Below the pieces are notes generated by a model. The model was not told where the DNA came from. It was given only the letters and a program-made list of their open reading frames with translations, and did not search any database. Below are positions 49,763 to 58,744 of a DNA stretch of 64,000 nucleotides, in pieces. Positions within the stretch are counted from its first letter, which is position 1. Each line of letters starts with the position of its first letter. This stretch comes from Bacteroidaceae bacterium (GTDB taxonomy: Bacteria > Bacteroidota > Bacteroidia > Bacteroidales > Bacteroidaceae). Location: the NCBI GenBank assembly GCA_045660825.1, contig JAZREN010000060.1, forward strand, positions 30,709-94,708, written 5' to 3'. The position numbers and the translations under genes are program-made.

Positions 49763-51391
49763 ATGAAGAAATTTTTACTTTTATTCGCATCGATGTTCTT
49801 TATGCTTGGAACATCTATGGCACAGGACAAGGGTGACGGCAAGGACGAGGGCGATGCAGCTTTCGCGTTGCAGTATTCTACTCCAGCAGATGGTGAGTAT
49901 ACTTTCACAGTGTACAACATCCGTCTCCAGTTCAACAAAGAGATCGTAGTGACACTGCCCGAGGGTGGTATTGCTGTTACAAACAAGAACACAGGTGATG
50001 TTGTAAAGATTACACGTCTTGACAACAACGAGTGGATTGAGAAGTCAACTGCAGTATTCTTGTTCGAGCAGAACAGTGTTTACGATGAGAAAGAGGGCAA
50101 GGAGGAGTTAAAGGACCAGATTATTGACGTCCCCGGCGAGTGGAGCTACACAATCCCTGCAGGTTGTATTAAAAGCGTTGACGGCGAGGAGTTTGCAGAG
50201 CAGACATTTACATTCAACATTGCTACATCAATGGAAATTGAGAGTGTTTCTCCTGCAAGCGGTGTAACAAAGCTCGACAAGATTGAAATCACATTCCCAA
50301 AACCAATTGCAAGTGTTAATACAAGCAAACTGTCAATTCTTGACAACTATTGGACACCTGTTGCAAACTTCAAGAATGAAGTAACATACAGCGATGACCG
50401 CAAGACCGTTACATTGGAGCTTGTAGAGTCAATCACAACTCCAGGTACATACAACCTGGACATCTACCAGGGTGTATTCCTTAGCGAGGATGGCGCTTTG
50501 AACAATTACAGATATACATATTTCCAGGTTATTGACCCAACTCCATCATTCTCTACAAACCTGAACGACGGTGACAAGGTGAAGGAACTTGGCAACCTTG
50601 AAATCACATTCCAGAACGTTGCAAATGTTGAAATCGTGAACAAGAATGGCGTACAGGTATGGACACCATCGGAGAGCCAGGTTGCCGGTGAAGCAAACAA
50701 GGAGGGCAACAAGATTGTCGTTACATTCCCACAGGAGTTCACAGAGGAAGGTTTATACACATTCTACATCCCTGCCGGCACATTCACAATGGATGGTGTG
50801 GCAAACGAAGAGCGCGAAATCAACGTTACATTGTACACATTCACAATCACTCCATTGAAGGTTGTAAGCGTTACACCAGTAGAGGGTGCTGTTGACCAGA
50901 TTGAAAAGATTGTCATCGAGTTTAACCAGACCGTTACTCCTTCATACAACGAGGAATGGCAGCAGATTTCACGTGAAATCATCCTGAAGGGCGATACTAA
51001 GAATTACGTTTTGACATACGCACCAAGCAGTTACAATGCAAGCAACAAGATGGAGTATCTTGTAAATGCAACATGGAACGGATATGATGCATATACATGT
51101 AGTGCACCCGTCACCGAGGCCGGAACATACACATTGAACTTAAAGGATGTTGTTGTTGACTATGCTGGCGAAAGTTACATTGACGACTATGGTTACAGCA
51201 ACACAAAGTGGCACGGCCAAAAAGGTTGCATTGACAAGACCTGCACATGGACAATCGGCGACACTGCAATTGAGGGTGTTGAGGCAGAGAATGGCGAGAA
51301 GGTTATCTATGACCTCACAGGCCGCCGCGTAGAGAACATCACAAACGCCGGTATCTACATTGTCAACGGCAAGAAAGTGCTGGTAAAGTGA
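49763..51391 (+). CDS. T9SS cargo protein: signal peptide, four Ig-like (SbsA/Big-like) modules and a C-terminal sorting domain
   Basis: Signal MKKFLLLFASMFFMLGTSMAQ. Four ~100-aa modules each contain ...I.I.F...V and a PGTY/AGTY/EGLY-type motif. The C-terminus EKVIYDLTGRRVENITNAGIYIVNGKKVLVK is a T9SS CTD motif. Confidence 0.8.
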   Translation: MKKFLLLFASMFFMLGTSMAQDKGDGKDEGDAAFALQYSTPADGEYTFTVYNIRLQFNKEIVVTLPEGGIAVTNKNTGDVVKITRLDNNEWIEKSTAVFLFEQNSVYDEKEGKEELKDQIIDVPGEWSYTIPAGCIKSVDGEEFAEQTFTFNIATSMEIESVSPASGVTKLDKIEITFPKPIASVNTSKLSILDNYWTPVANFKNEVTYSDDRKTVTLELVESITTPGTYNLDIYQGVFLSEDGALNNYRYTYFQVIDPTPSFSTNLNDGDKVKELGNLEITFQNVANVEIVNKNGVQVWTPSESQVAGEANKEGNKIVVTFPQEFTEEGLYTFYIPAGTFTMDGVANEEREINVTLYTFTITPLKVVSVTPVEGAVDQIEKIVIEFNQTVTPSYNEEWQQISREIILKGDTKNYVLTYAPSSYNASNKMEYLVNATWNGYDAYTCSAPVTEAGTYTLNLKDVVVDYAGESYIDDYGYSNTKWHGQKGCIDKTCTWTIGDTAIEGVEAENGEKVIYDLTGRRVENITNAGIYIVNGKKVLVK

Positions 51392-51607
51392 GAGTAATGG
51401 TTGATAAGCTTGCTTAATCAAACATTACCGAATGTAAAGCACTTGCGCGAAGCGAAAGTTTTGGTGAAGTAATCACCAAAACTTCGATAACACTTGCAGC
51501 AATAGGTCACGCGTAGCGCGGGCGCAGTTCGCGCCGTGTGGGTTGCAAGAAGCAAGTGTTGTCAGTGGTACTTGTGAAGTAATCTTATACTACAAATAAC
51601 GACAAAT

Positions 51608-51634
51608 GGGCAGGGAACAATCCTTGCCCATTTT
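51608..51634 (+). terminator. Hairpin plus T-tract 217 nt downstream of the cargo gene
   Basis: gggcaggga-acaa-tccttgccc followed by ATTTTCATT. Confidence 0.5.
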
Positions 51635-51668
51635 CATTGGTAATGATTCCGGGGGTGCAAAGAATGAC

Positions 51669-51922
51669 ATATACACCTGGACAATTGGCGACACTGCTAT
51701 TGAGGAGGTGAAAGGTGAAAAGTGAAAACGGAAAGCCGCGAGTAAGCGAGCAAAAGCCAAGCTTGCTTGAGCTTTTAACGCGAGCGGGAGCAGGTTCAAG
51801 CGCACGCAGTGTGGTTAAAGGTGAAAACCATCTACGACCTCACAGGTAGGAAACTGAAAGGTGAAAACGGAAACCTGAAAGGTGTTTATATTATTAACGG
51901 CAAAAAGGTGCTGGTTAAGTAA
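51669..51922 (+). pseudogene. Orphan, interrupted second copy of the cargo C-terminus (T9SS CTD remnant)
   Basis: Positions 51669-51721 translate to YTWTIGDTAIEEVKGEK* (compare CTWTIGDTAIEGVEAENGEK in the intact gene). Positions 51817-51922 translate to KVKTIYDLTGRKLKGENGNLKGVYIINGKKVLVK* (compare KVIYDLTGRRVENITNAGIYIVNGKKVLVK*). There is no upstream coding body or start codon. Confidence 0.65.
51722..51816. repeat. Copy B of the short repeat (95-bp block splitting the CTD remnant, flanked by the 11-bp direct repeat AAAGGTGAAAA)
   Basis: AAAGGTGAAAA occurs at 51711-51721 and 51817-51827. The block carries the 27-nt core identical to 2690-2716. Confidence 0.65.
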
Positions 51923-51929
51923 TAAGTGA

Positions 51930-52008
51930 ATTGTCATTCCGAACCGTAGGGAGGAATCTCTAAAACAAATTAGATTTCTCGTCGCTATGCTCTGTCAGGA
52001 TAACAAAT
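51930..52008. repeat. REP-like imperfect palindrome, diverged relative of 19845-19914
   Basis: attgtcattccgaaccgtagggaggaatct ... agatttctcgtcgctatgctctgtcaggataacaaat. It shares the TTGTCATYC.GA...GAATCT / AGAT...TCAGGATRACAA termini. Confidence 0.5.
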
Positions 52009-52080
52009 TCACGAATAATTTCAGCGTTGGGTCAACATCTATATTATTACCTTTGTATTTATGACGATAAAACAATAAAC

Positions 52081-52112
52081 TCAAGCGACCCACTGTAAAG
52101 TGAGTCGCTTGA
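52081..52112 (-). terminator. Strong bidirectional terminator closing the Sus/TlpA operon
   Basis: tcaagcgacccact-gtaa-agtgagtcgcttga forms a 14-bp stem with 1 mismatch. The flanks are T-rich on both strands, and the hairpin lies 31 nt after the TlpA-3 stop. Confidence 0.7.
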
Positions 52113-52142
52113 ATTTTGCTTTACAAAAATGAGGATAAACTA

Positions 52143-53336
52143 TCATTTGTAGTCGGCTTGGTCAAAATAGTACAGGTCGCCCGAGAGTATCTGCTCAACG
52201 CGCATTACTACCTCATCAACATCCATATCGAGTGAAACAGCGCGTCCCTCTGGTTCAACAAGGATTATTCTTGGCGCTTTCTCCACACCATAGAGCGCTG
52301 CTGCAGGAGAAGCGGCGCCGGCAAGGTCACAGGCATTCAACCAACCATCGCCACCCATGCCATTTTTCTCCAATGCGGCCTGCCATGCGGCTGCATCACT
52401 CTCGAGAGCAACGCTGATGATGACGAACTGGTCCTGATTCACCTTCACAACCTCGTAGAGGTTCTTCATCTCGGCAAGCATATCGGCCGATTTTGCACAG
52501 CCGTTTGCCCAGAAGTTAAGGACAACATACTTGCCACGGAAATCGCTCAGTTTCTTAACCTCGCCACTGCTCAAAGGCAAAGTAATGTCGGGAACCTCGT
52601 TACCCACCTTCATGTCATTTGCAAGCACTTTGTTACGGAGTGAGAGGAAGTATGGGTGATTCTGCAAATCCAAGTGAATGGTCTTTACCATCTGGTCGGC
52701 ATAGGCGGTTGTGAGCTTGGGAAGCAATGAGTTTTCAATGACAAGTGGTGTCATTGGCGATGCGTTGTGCTCAATGAGGAAACGCAAGGCTTTGGACTCT
52801 GTCCTTATTGCCTCTTTTGCCTCTATTCTATTGATGGCAGCCTTGCCCTCGGCACTCTCCATCCATTCCTTGCCATTACGTGCTTCAAGTGCAGCAACAA
52901 GAGCAGCTGTCTCATTGGCACCGGCTGCCCAAACCGCCTTATAAGCGGCGTATGCGTCGTTAGTTGGTGTGCCTGACACCGCGCTCTCCTCAACCGCGGC
53001 AACAGATGATGTATTGACCATTACCTCGCCCGGCTCAACGAAGAGTTCAACGCACTTGCCATCGCCAAAACCTGTCACAACGTATTGCAGCACAGGCTCG
53101 TCTTTTGAGAGTTCGTATTTGAAGGTGTAGTTACCTTTCTTTACCTTGGCTGTTGCAACCTCAATGGTTCTGCCAACTTCATCGGTGCGTGTCAAGGTAA
53201 CCTTTTTAATGTTTTTGCCATCGGCAATGTTTCCCTTGATAACACAAACGCCCTGTGCGCTTGCTGCAATGCAGATAAAAGCCACTGCAATTGTAGATAA
53301 TATTCTATGTAGCATAACTGTACCTCCTTTATTCAT
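52143..53336 (-). CDS. TlpA-like thioredoxin-fold protein with an N-terminal DUF4369-like domain; active site is CxxS
   Basis: The thioredoxin-fold region reads KYVVLNFWANGCAKSADML, against canonical FWASWCGPC. The signal is ...MLHRILSTIAVAFICIAASAQG; an alternative ATG lies at 53315. Confidence 0.75.
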   Translation of the reverse strand: MNKGGTVMLHRILSTIAVAFICIAASAQGVCVIKGNIADGKNIKKVTLTRTDEVGRTIEVATAKVKKGNYTFKYELSKDEPVLQYVVTGFGDGKCVELFVEPGEVMVNTSSVAAVEESAVSGTPTNDAYAAYKAVWAAGANETAALVAALEARNGKEWMESAEGKAAINRIEAKEAIRTESKALRFLIEHNASPMTPLVIENSLLPKLTTAYADQMVKTIHLDLQNHPYFLSLRNKVLANDMKVGNEVPDITLPLSSGEVKKLSDFRGKYVVLNFWANGCAKSADMLAEMKNLYEVVKVNQDQFVIISVALESDAAAWQAALEKNGMGGDGWLNACDLAGAASPAAALYGVEKAPRIILVEPEGRAVSLDMDVDEVVMRVEQILSGDLYYFDQADYK

Positions 53337-54480
53337 TTATACCGTCTACTATTTTCTTCAATTTCTTTACCATCTCCTCGCCACGCAGCTCAAACTGCAC
53401 AACCTTACCCTCGGGATCGATGAGCGCGGTATAAGGAACGCCGTTTACACCGAAGAACTTCAGGCCCTCGCTGTTCCAGCCTTTGAGCACTGAGATGTGT
53501 ACCCAATTGCGGTGAACGAGTTCATTGTCGGCAATGCAGCCTGTCCAGTCCTCATATTCATCGTCGATAGAGTAGCTGAGGACAACGATATTGTCACTCT
53601 CGCCCGAGTATGCGAGCGCCTCTTTGAGATAAGGGATCTCGCGGCGGCAGGGAGCACACCAGCTTGCCCAGAAATCGAGGAACACATATTTTCCCTTAAA
53701 ATCGGACAATGAGACCTCCTTGCCATCGGGGGTGCGGCCTGTGATGTCGGGAGCAACGGCACCAACCTTGAGGTTTGCCGAACGTACATCGTTAACCAAT
53801 TCCTTGTACATTGCCTGTGAGTGCAGCTCAGCGGGAACGGCATCGAGGAATGTCTGGATTACATCGGTGCTGAATGCAGGCATCATGGAGTATTTGATGA
53901 TATACAGAACCACAGGTGAATCGATGTTCTTGTATATGAAATCCATAATCGCTACCTTGAAGTGCATATTGTTCACATAGAAGACCGGCGAGGTGTATTT
54001 TGCCTCGGCCGCGAGGTTGCCCTTTATCTCGGCAGGCATGCTTGCCTGTGCCGCTTTCATGCGCACCTTGGCCTCGTTCACGCACTTGCTGTTGAGGTCA
54101 ACATATGCCTGATACATATCGTTGCTTGGTGTACCTCCAATCTTTGCTCCGGCGGGGTATGCAGCATCGAAAGGTCCCACGGTTATCTCGCCCTCCTCAA
54201 GGAACAACTGTATGGCACCGTTGTCAAAGCCTGAGATATTGCACAGGCTGAGTTCCTCGGGGGCTAAGCCCTCGAAGACAAACCTGTTGTTCTCTACAGC
54301 TGCGGTGGCTGTCACAACTGTAACACCATCGACTACCTGCTCAAGTTTTACCTCCTTTACAGCCTCATTGCTATAACAGAGCATAGGACTGCTCATCTCA
54401 CCTTTTATAACAAACCTTTTTTCCTGTGCCATAACAACTGTTGATATGGCCAGCAATGCAAAAACAAAAATTTTTCTCAT
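53329..54480 (-). CDS. TlpA family thiol:disulfide oxidoreductase with a DUF4369-like N-domain
   Basis: KYVFLDFWASWCAPCRREIPYL has an intact CxxC. Signal peptide MRKIFVFALLAISTVVMAQ. Confidence 0.85.
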   Translation of the reverse strand: MRKIFVFALLAISTVVMAQEKRFVIKGEMSSPMLCYSNEAVKEVKLEQVVDGVTVVTATAAVENNRFVFEGLAPEELSLCNISGFDNGAIQLFLEEGEITVGPFDAAYPAGAKIGGTPSNDMYQAYVDLNSKCVNEAKVRMKAAQASMPAEIKGNLAAEAKYTSPVFYVNNMHFKVAIMDFIYKNIDSPVVLYIIKYSMMPAFSTDVIQTFLDAVPAELHSQAMYKELVNDVRSANLKVGAVAPDITGRTPDGKEVSLSDFKGKYVFLDFWASWCAPCRREIPYLKEALAYSGESDNIVVLSYSIDDEYEDWTGCIADNELVHRNWVHISVLKGWNSEGLKFFGVNGVPYTALIDPEGKVVQFELRGEEMVKKLKKIVDGINE

Positions 54481-54492
54481 AGACGTATGTTT

Positions 54493-55584
54493 TTATTTAA
54501 GGTTCTCCTGCAGGAACACTCTGAGTTGTTCGTCGCGTAGACCTGTTGCTATAATATTGTTGTTTTCATCAAGCACAAAAAGCGCCGGGATGCCCTTCAC
54601 GTTGTATAGGCGGGCAACTTCACAATCCCAACCTTTGAGCGAAGATACATTTATCCATGCAAGGCCGTCCTTTTCCACAGCAAACGCCCAGTCCTCCTTC
54701 TCCTCATCGAGCGAGACACCGATAATCTCCAATCCCTTGTCGTGGAAGTCGGCATATATCTCTTTGAGTGCAGGGTTGTTCAAACGGCAGGGACCGCACC
54801 AGCTTGCCCAGAAGTCAATGATTTTAACCTTACCCTTTACAGCGCTCATTGTCACAGGGTTGCCATTGAGGTCATTAAGTGTGAAATCGGGAGCCTTTGC
54901 GCCATTGTCGGTCTTTGACAGGCGGTCGATACGCTCCTTTATTATGCGTCCGAACTGTGTCGCCTTTGCACCCTTGCCCATGGAATCATACATTCCACGT
55001 GTCTCCTTGAAGCCCGAGTTGCGCATGAGAATGTTTGAATATATGGTATAGGCAAGAATTACGTTGTCGTTTGCGGCAAGGAACTTCTGTGTCAGTACAC
55101 GCAGGTTCTCCTGCTCGCGCTGCAAGGTGTCGTTCACAAGGCTTGCACTGCGGAACTTTCTTGCGGTACGGGCTGCCTCGTAACGTTCCTGAAGGCCCGT
55201 GACAACGGCACGCAACGAATCGGATGCTTTCATGTGAGCTGTGTAGGCGGTGTTCAGGGAACCACCGTTGATGTAGTAGTCGACGCCATCGGTAAGATAG
55301 GCGTCATATACGGTTCCCGGTTCTACGAACAGCGTAAAACCACCCGAAAAACCGCCAACGACTAGCTGCACCATCATGGGCTCATTGACCGTTGCCTTAA
55401 GATTGAATTTTCCTTTCTTGATTTTGCAGCTGCCCAAGGTGTCTGTTCTCTCCTCGGATGACTGCGCAAGCATATAAAGAACACCGCTCTTCACTCCGTT
55501 GGTCTTTCCCTTTATAGTAACCTGGGCTACCGCAGTTACCGCACTGCACAACACAAGCAGTGCAAACAATATGGTTTTTCTCAT
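54493..55584 (-). CDS. TlpA family thiol:disulfide oxidoreductase with a DUF4369-like N-domain
   Basis: KVKIIDFWASWCGPCRLNNPALKEIY has an intact CxxC. The ATG (MRKTILFALLVL) is at 55584; the track start is a TTG. Confidence 0.85.
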   Translation of the reverse strand: MRKTILFALLVLCSAVTAVAQVTIKGKTNGVKSGVLYMLAQSSEERTDTLGSCKIKKGKFNLKATVNEPMMVQLVVGGFSGGFTLFVEPGTVYDAYLTDGVDYYINGGSLNTAYTAHMKASDSLRAVVTGLQERYEAARTARKFRSASLVNDTLQREQENLRVLTQKFLAANDNVILAYTIYSNILMRNSGFKETRGMYDSMGKGAKATQFGRIIKERIDRLSKTDNGAKAPDFTLNDLNGNPVTMSAVKGKVKIIDFWASWCGPCRLNNPALKEIYADFHDKGLEIIGVSLDEEKEDWAFAVEKDGLAWINVSSLKGWDCEVARLYNVKGIPALFVLDENNNIIATGLRDEQLRVFLQENLK

Positions 55585-55598
55585 AATATCTCTAATTA

Positions 55599-57326
55599 TC
55601 AATATATCATTTCATATGCATATTCATTCACAAACTGAATATCCTTGATCTCGCCCCAGAGGTTACCCTCATTGTCGCGGTCATAGAAGAGAGGTGCGAA
55701 ATCATTGTCAACGTCGGCTGCAGTAGTGAACTTTATTTCGGCTATGGCACCGTTTGTTCCGTTGGACATCACTATATTCATGTGCAGGCCCAAGTCGCTA
55801 CTGAATGCGGAGCTGTCCTCGGTGCGGAACTTGATTTTTGTAACATTGTAACCCGCAGGAGCCTCATAGACCACAAACTTGTCGCCGTTGGAAACATTAT
55901 AACGGTAAACGGTGTTGCCCTCGGCAAAGAAGAGGTTGTTGGTGGTGAACCATGAGTTGTATGTTATGGTTGACATATCGGTAGGGGTCAAGCCTGTCAG
56001 TTTCTTCTCGCCAATGATTGTATAGGCCGAGAGAGCCTCCTCCTCGGCACCGTCAACGCCGCGTGTGGCAGGAGCCTTGCTGCCGTCACCGATTTCCTGT
56101 TTCAATAGCTCGTAGCGATAGTATTCGCCGCTAGCCTCGTCCTTGAAGATGAAGCAGGGATTCTGCTGGTCATAGTTGTCGCGGTAGTTCATATAACCCA
56201 TAACAGCAGTCATACCCTCGGGCGAACGCTGCAGTCCCTGGAAACGGACATAGGCATCAAGGACAGGGTTCCTTGAGACATAGCTTGTCTTGGCCGAGTT
56301 TGTCTCATCCCTTGCAAAGCCACCATCATCCTTTGAAGCATAGAGAAAACGGTTGTTCTTTGCATCCCACATGAGGAAACGGTTATGGGTGATTGTTGCT
56401 GCTGTGATTTTATAATCACCCTGATGTGGCAGGTCGGCACTGTTCTCACAAGCATGTCCTGGCTTGTAGAGAGCATGCACATAATTACCCACATATACTT
56501 CACCGTTTTCAGTGAGAACTACCTTGTAGTGTGTGTAGTTCGAAGGGTCACCGGTATGCATGATTCTCTTGAACGAGAAGTTCTCGCTCTCGGGTTTGAA
56601 TATCTGCGACGAAGTAAACTTCACGTTCATTCCGTGAGGGTCATAGGCTCTTGTCTCGCCATTGTCGCAGAAGATTGTCAACACTGATGTCTCACCAATC
56701 TTTGTCAAATCGTCCGGGATGTTGATGTATGTGGTATAAGCGAAACCGGTTGCATTCTCATAGTGATTATTGTCCTTGGTAACGCTCTTAACATCGGTAT
56801 ATATCTTTGTGTCATTACCAATAACCTCGATGTTACCGACCTTGCGGCTACCCTCGCTGCCGTGCAGGACAAAAAGACTGTTCTTGAAGACAGGACGTGT
56901 CTTTATTGTGAAACCCGAATAGTGCGACAGGTCGGTAGTCTTGTCATATATCTGCAGGAAGATGCTGTACGCCATCGCTTTGCCTACAGGAAGGTCGAAT
57001 TCAAGATAACCCTTGGTACGTACTGTATCCTGAACTGCTTTGCCTGCCTCGTCCAAGTATGTCCTGAACCAATAGAACTCCAGTTCCTCAAGGTCCTCGG
57101 CAAGAGTCTGCTCCACAGCAACATCCACACGGCGACGACGGTCATTCTCATCCAGAGCCTGCTGCACTTCGATAACATCACCACTGGCCGACTTTACCAC
57201 AGAGGGTGTAAAGGAAACGGATTTTATCTCATTCATCGTGTCCAATGTGTAGTCATAATTGCCCAGGTCCTGATAGCAGGCCGACAAAAGTGGCACAAAT
57301 AGCAGAAATGATAATATCTTTTTCAT
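55599..57326 (-). CDS. PKD-like family surface lipoprotein
   Basis: The lipobox and start FVPLLSACYQDLGNYDY... match my recollection of the 'PKD-like family lipoprotein' N-terminus. The gene follows a DUF4843 gene in a SusCD operon. Not HMM-verified. Confidence 0.6.
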   Translation of the reverse strand: MKKILSFLLFVPLLSACYQDLGNYDYTLDTMNEIKSVSFTPSVVKSASGDVIEVQQALDENDRRRRVDVAVEQTLAEDLEELEFYWFRTYLDEAGKAVQDTVRTKGYLEFDLPVGKAMAYSIFLQIYDKTTDLSHYSGFTIKTRPVFKNSLFVLHGSEGSRKVGNIEVIGNDTKIYTDVKSVTKDNNHYENATGFAYTTYINIPDDLTKIGETSVLTIFCDNGETRAYDPHGMNVKFTSSQIFKPESENFSFKRIMHTGDPSNYTHYKVVLTENGEVYVGNYVHALYKPGHACENSADLPHQGDYKITAATITHNRFLMWDAKNNRFLYASKDDGGFARDETNSAKTSYVSRNPVLDAYVRFQGLQRSPEGMTAVMGYMNYRDNYDQQNPCFIFKDEASGEYYRYELLKQEIGDGSKAPATRGVDGAEEEALSAYTIIGEKKLTGLTPTDMSTITYNSWFTTNNLFFAEGNTVYRYNVSNGDKFVVYEAPAGYNVTKIKFRTEDSSAFSSDLGLHMNIVMSNGTNGAIAEIKFTTAADVDNDFAPLFYDRDNEGNLWGEIKDIQFVNEYAYEMIY

Positions 57327-57364
57327 AAACTAATCTCTTTGAATGTGTGTTGATTCTGTAATTC

Positions 57365-58714
57365 TCAATCAAGAGCAACTGTTGGTATATCAAAGCGTCT
57401 TGATGGCGGACGGCTGTCATTCTTTGCCTTTATGATGCGGTAGCACTCCTTGAGGCGCTCCTCGCCTGCAAGTTGCTTTTCACCGAACGGAGAGTTGTCC
57501 CAAGCATATGTTGCTCTCTCCACATCATAGATAAATGGCAGTATGGATTCTGTGATGAAATTGTCTGAACCTTCCTCTTCCAACATTGTCGTCAGCATGA
57601 ACCTGTATTTCTCATCGCTGTATTCACCGAAATACATCCTGACAATTTCACCGGTACCAAGACCATTGGGGTCTTCCCACCAATAAGGAATCCTTACCTT
57701 GTATGTTATACCGTTCCTGAGTGCAACCCAACAGAGATTCTTGTAGTCAGAAAGGGGCATACCCGTCAACGCATAGTTGTAATACTCATTGAGCATGTAA
57801 AGCACATCGTCCTTGTGGAAATTATCGGCCTCTTCTTCCATTTTCGCCTTTGCATCATCACTTGCAAACAAAGAGACTATATCCTTTGTGGTGGCACCGC
57901 CAAGCATTGTTGTAAAACGGCAGAACTTGTTTGCCCTGAACATACCCAACACGGATTCATATTCGCCCCAGAAGTATGGCTTGCTGTATGCAGGATGGTC
58001 GCTCTCCTTGATGATAGGAAGGTCCACAACAATCTCCTCTTCGGGCTCGCTTGCAAGCAGTGCATTCACGGCGCTCACATTAAGGGCAACGATTGCGTCG
58101 AAATCATGCATCTCGGTACTGCTGTCATAAAGGCTAGAGTAGAACTTGTTGTCACCGGTATGCTGTGCCAGGAAAATATGCTTCTCCTTGTTCCACGCAC
58201 CAAGATAGGTGTCCATATGGCTATACCACACTGCGGGCTTCTCATAAGACTCCTTTACATAGAGGTTTATCTCGTTCTTGTCTTCGATACCGGTGCCTAT
58301 GTCACCACTGCCATCGAGATATATGCACACGGCATAAATGGTATCCTCAAGTTCGGGGCGCTTCACCTTTACCTCAATCTGCTTCTCATACTCCTTGTTG
58401 GCAAAAATCACCTCATCTATAGTAACATCGGCGGGCTCATACCCCTCTATTGTCTTTGTCTTTACAGAAAGAGTGCGTGCCTCATCCATGAGATAGCCAA
58501 GCAATTTCACCTTCAATGTGATTGTCACCGTGTCGGGATTGCCAACGATGTGATCGCTGAAGTTGAGTGTGTGCTCAAATTCATTGGCATAGTTGTAGTC
58601 GAAATATGCACCGTTCGAATCCTTGTCGAACAAATCGGGTTCACGTCCTTCACAAGCAGTCAGCGTGAACATGAGACCGAACAGCCAAACTATATAATGA
58701 ATACTTTTTTTCAT
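57365..58714 (-). CDS. DUF4843-like surface lipoprotein
   Basis: Lipobox FTLTACEGREPDLFDKDSNGAYFDYNY. It sits immediately after SusD, as in the recurrent SusC/SusD/DUF4843/PKD-like arrangement. Not HMM-verified. Confidence 0.58.
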   Translation of the reverse strand: MKKSIHYIVWLFGLMFTLTACEGREPDLFDKDSNGAYFDYNYANEFEHTLNFSDHIVGNPDTVTITLKVKLLGYLMDEARTLSVKTKTIEGYEPADVTIDEVIFANKEYEKQIEVKVKRPELEDTIYAVCIYLDGSGDIGTGIEDKNEINLYVKESYEKPAVWYSHMDTYLGAWNKEKHIFLAQHTGDNKFYSSLYDSSTEMHDFDAIVALNVSAVNALLASEPEEEIVVDLPIIKESDHPAYSKPYFWGEYESVLGMFRANKFCRFTTMLGGATTKDIVSLFASDDAKAKMEEEADNFHKDDVLYMLNEYYNYALTGMPLSDYKNLCWVALRNGITYKVRIPYWWEDPNGLGTGEIVRMYFGEYSDEKYRFMLTTMLEEEGSDNFITESILPFIYDVERATYAWDNSPFGEKQLAGEERLKECYRIIKAKNDSRPPSRRFDIPTVALD

Positions 58715-58744
58715 ATATCTGTTACTTATTCTTGTTGTGTTAAA

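Noticed and set aside
51590-51805. A 71-aa minus-strand ORF (…FRFHFSPFTSS…).
   Set aside because: It lies antisense across the CTD remnant and repeat block. It is the kind of spurious peptide generated by GTGAAAGG-type repeats.
51236-51922. The duplicated cargo 3' end as a diversity-generating retroelement VR/TR pair.
   Set aside because: No reverse transcriptase or accessory gene is nearby. The substitutions between the copies go in all directions rather than being adenine-specific, and one copy is interrupted and lacks a gene body.
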